Source: Bugula neritina
Lineage: Eukaryota > Animalia > Bryozoa
Direction: 5' to 3'
Assembly (NCBI GenBank): GCA_964035545.1
Contig: OZ037767.1
Span: 6,216,707 to 6,280,706 of the forward strand
DNA: 64,000 nt
Made by a program: the position numbers and the translations under genes
Shown here: in pieces, positions 55,221-64,000 of the stretch
Layout: the number at the start of each line of letters is the position of its first letter
Position numbering within the stretch: position 1 is the first letter of the stretch
The notes under the pieces: model-generated
Told to the model about the DNA's origin: nothing
Database searches by the model: none
The model's input: the letters and a program-made list of their open reading frames with translations, nothing else

Positions 55221-56679
55221 TTATAATTTTTATTGTGCATTCAATTTTATCTTATTTTCAATTTAAATTTTAATGAAACTATTAAATGAAACAGACATGA
55301 GACAGAGATGTCAGTCTCAGACATGAGTGATTGAGTGTGACACTCACATTCTGATTCTGATTCACACTGACAACCCAGAATTTGATGTAACTGTAAGATA
55401 AACAGTATTAAATTCAATAGTTATAACCTTTAAACTGAAAAGAAAATCTATATTAGCTTTGACTTTTCAAGCATGTACTTACGTCTTATTATTATACTTA
55501 GAGCATAAGTTGTAATTATACTTATAGTTATAGTAGCCTACAATGATTGGCGAAGTGGAAATCAAAATAGAACCTTGAATAGTAATGGCGTCACTACCAA
55601 AGTTTAGCTACAGAGTTCAAGGCATGTTTACCAAAACGTATAAGGTAACGCCTTGAAAGTCAAACGTCTTTAATCACTAATGTAATAAACTGAGGTTATA
55701 GAAAGAAAAAGGAGAAGAAAACCCCGATTGACGAAAAACGGAATATAAAGGCCAGTTTTTTCACTAAACAAGGCAAAGGGTTATATAAATAAAATTAAAC
55801 CAAGATTGATTATTTATATATTATATTAAAGGATTATTTTAATATATTAGGCTACATAAAATAACTTGCCCATCAAAATGTTTAGATGCTAATGTGTTTT
55901 AAGAAATTTTTTCCAGAAAACTCTTAAAAAGTTACTTATGGCATATAATACTATAAATGTTGCAGCATGTACACGAATAAAGACTATTTTATAAAATAAA
56001 ACTTTATTCAAAAACACACAAAAATAGTATTGCTTATGCCAGAATAGGACAAATGTATGACACTTTCAGCACGTTATGCCCCAACATAGATAGATAAAAT
56101 TATTGATAACTGAAAATAAATGTACATACGCTGTATAGAAACTGTAAATTACAATTGCTAACTATTAATTGGTATTCAACAAGTTGAGCACACGAAAACT
56201 TATACTAATAAAAAAAATGTTGAGCTTCAATAATCTGTCAGTCAAACTTTGGTAAAGCTGCAAAAATAGGTCATATTGTGATTAGTTATTACACAGTATA
56301 ATTAGCATGTATATTAATACGAATACTTTTATAAATAAATATTATGGCAATGAAAACAAACAATGTTTTTTAACAATTTTGAAAGATGACGCTTATTGTG
56401 TAGCAAATTTTGAAATCTTAATTTTCTGCTTGCATCACTTGTTTTTCTTATAGTAGAAGTTTGTTGCAATTAGAGCTAATTTTACAAACACCTGTATTGA
56501 TCCATGTTGACTGTGTATACATTATACTACCACCTTTGAATAAGATAAAGGTGAAATACACCGACATTTTTTGGTTACAAAATTGATCACATATACATGT
56601 ATTTAAAGTTTTATGACAAATTCTCAAGTGATATATCTATATAATGTAAAGAACACCATATAACACAGATGTGCTGTAG

Positions 56680-56846
56680 ATAAGTAACTTATATACAACA
56701 CAATGTGTGGAGCCTTAGGGGGTTAAGTTTGTTTCTTCCTGCATGCTGATTATAAAATATTGTCTCCTCCAGTATAATATTTAAAATTATATAATCATTT
56801 AGTATATGATGTTCTAAGAATAGATTTTGAGTGTTGAGTTTAAAAA
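56680..56846 (+). repeat. Direct-repeat copy A (downstream/3' UTR of the ASB gene)
   Basis: Aligns closely with 63828-64000 (ATAAGTAACTTATATACA.CACAATGTGT.GAGCCTTAGGGGGTTAA...GAGTGTTGAGTTTAAAAA). Confidence 0.9.
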
Positions 56847-57585
56847 CAATGTGACAAAGTAATAGCTATACTGAGCTTTTTGGTGACAATTTGTGAAACA
56901 AGCGGTAATTGATCTTAGTTTATAGTTGTTAAAATATAGTGTATGCTTAAAGAGTATATAAACTTTTTATAAAATTTTTAAAAGTCCTAATTTATTTAGA
57001 ATTCTATATCCCAAGTTTCACCAGTATTTATTAGTTTTGAAATTTGTCTTCTTGCAGAAGTGAGAAACTAGGAACAGGCCTGCTGTAACAGACAGATTTT
57101 AGTCGCTATAATTATATGATGGACCACAACTGTACATTAGGCAGTTCAAGTTAACACAAGACTAACAGCTGTTTTGATTAACATGAAGTGATATTTCAGG
57201 TTGAGAGAAGAAAGAATATGAATTGATAAAACATAATATGTCTGATACATGTTACTTAAAACATTTATTTGTAAAGAAGAACTAAACCAAATGTTACACA
57301 GAAAAGTAGGTCTAAATTTCATCAATACTAAAAGGAATTAGTTCTATTTAGCATGCATTATGGAAGAGTACTGTAAAACGCAATAAAAAATATTGTAAAA
57401 TTATACTTGAAGCAGCTGCTTAACCCTGATTAATTTTGTTCAAAAGGTTGAATTTTGCGAGAAAACTTTAAACTATTATGCACTATTAAAAAGTTGAGAA
57501 TGATGAATGAATATATAAGTGATTTTACAGTTGTTATTTTTAGTGAAAAGTTTTTGTATATACTAAACAGAAGGATGAATCAGAA

Positions 57586-62932
<5,347 letters not shown>

Positions 62933-63827
62933 TGTTTTTGTGGTTAGAGTCTTTTTTGTCTTTAGCATATATGTTTCTAATTTAGATTTTTTTGTGTTTC
63001 CCTTTCTTTATTTGCCAACTGTCACTAGACCAATATCTACAAAAATCACATTGAATCACACATACAAGCAGATGTCAGAAGTATTTCAAAATTAAGACTC
63101 TCTCAACACAAAGGTTTCTGGAAAACTTCAACCTAGCAATTTTTGCTAACTTTTTAGACCATTTAAAAAGATTAAACTGCTTTCTAAAATATTTTACTAA
63201 ACTATGTATACATTATTGCTAAAGAGATATTATAATAATTTATTTAAATTTATGAGTTTTGATGAAGGTTTGTAATGATTTACACTATAATAATTCAGTA
63301 CATAACAAAGTAATTATTATCTAGAAATGATTAGTTTTAAAATTTACTGTTATTGAGCTATTGGTAAAAATTCAATTTAGCAATGAGGTAATTGGTTAAC
63401 CCTGGAAAGTAATACTGGTAAATTCATTTAAAAGCTGGTCTTGATACTTTAATGCTCAAGTTTTTTAGGAAACATTTTACACATTCACATGTTGAAAAGA
63501 ATTTAAACAATAAAAAAAGTTACCTTGTATATATAGCAGCTGACGGAGTTTCAGGTAAAAATCAAACTTCCTCTGTACTGCAGACAACCAGAAATGAAAC
63601 AGCACTACTGCATATAAACTAAATAAAGCTAACAAGCTATTTCTATGTGAGCTTTACAGCTTTTATTCACCAGTGCATCCAGCTTTCTTTCAAATTTATC
63701 TAAGCTGTAAAAGTAGTTTGTTGAGATATTTCATCGGATGAAAAGTTACTTCAACTTATTTTAACATCAATTTATAGCAAAGCTGCAATATTTATATCAC
63801 ATCGGCTCAGTTCTGATCTATTTGATA

Positions 63828-64000
63828 TAAGTAACTTATATACAGCACAATGTGTAGAGCCTTAGGGGGTTAAATTTGTTTCTTCCTGAATGCCGATTAT
63901 AAAATCTTGTCTTCCCCAGTATAATATGCAAAATGCAAAATTATATAATCATTTAGCATATGATGTTCTAATAATTGATTCTGAGTGTTGAGTTTAAAAA
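63828..64000 (+). repeat. Direct-repeat copy B (runs off the window edge)
   Basis: Aligns with 56680-56846. Confidence 0.9.

Overview
AT-rich, intron-rich animal genomic DNA with short GT-AG introns, microsatellites, MITEs and a tRNA-type SINE. It looks like an invertebrate, possibly a lophotrochozoan such as a bryozoan, but that is inference only. Splicing exons by hand and checking reading-frame phase gives eight protein-coding genes: (1) the 3' part of a TSP1-repeat single-pass membrane protein (+); (2) a BTB-less Kelch protein (+); (3) a ~175-aa secreted EMI-domain preproprotein (-); (4) ZFYVE1/DFCP1 (+); (5) a ~1,200-aa, 24-exon receptor tyrosine kinase (-); (6) a 4-exon orphan gene (-); (7) a FAM89/LURAP-domain gene with a GC-AG intron (-); (8) an ankyrin-repeat/SOCS-box gene (-), which appears tandemly duplicated beyond the window edge. 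The region from 13 to 18 kb holds degraded Penelope-like and Sola-like transposon remnants. The most striking feature is the receptor kinase. It has a MET/RON-type kinase and IPT stalk, but an NHL-type beta-propeller plus one Sushi/CCP domain sit where Sema-PSI should be. It also has an altered activation loop and a Tyr/ITIM-like tail that may be switched by alternative splicing. All gene models are manual and are not confirmed by transcripts or database searches.
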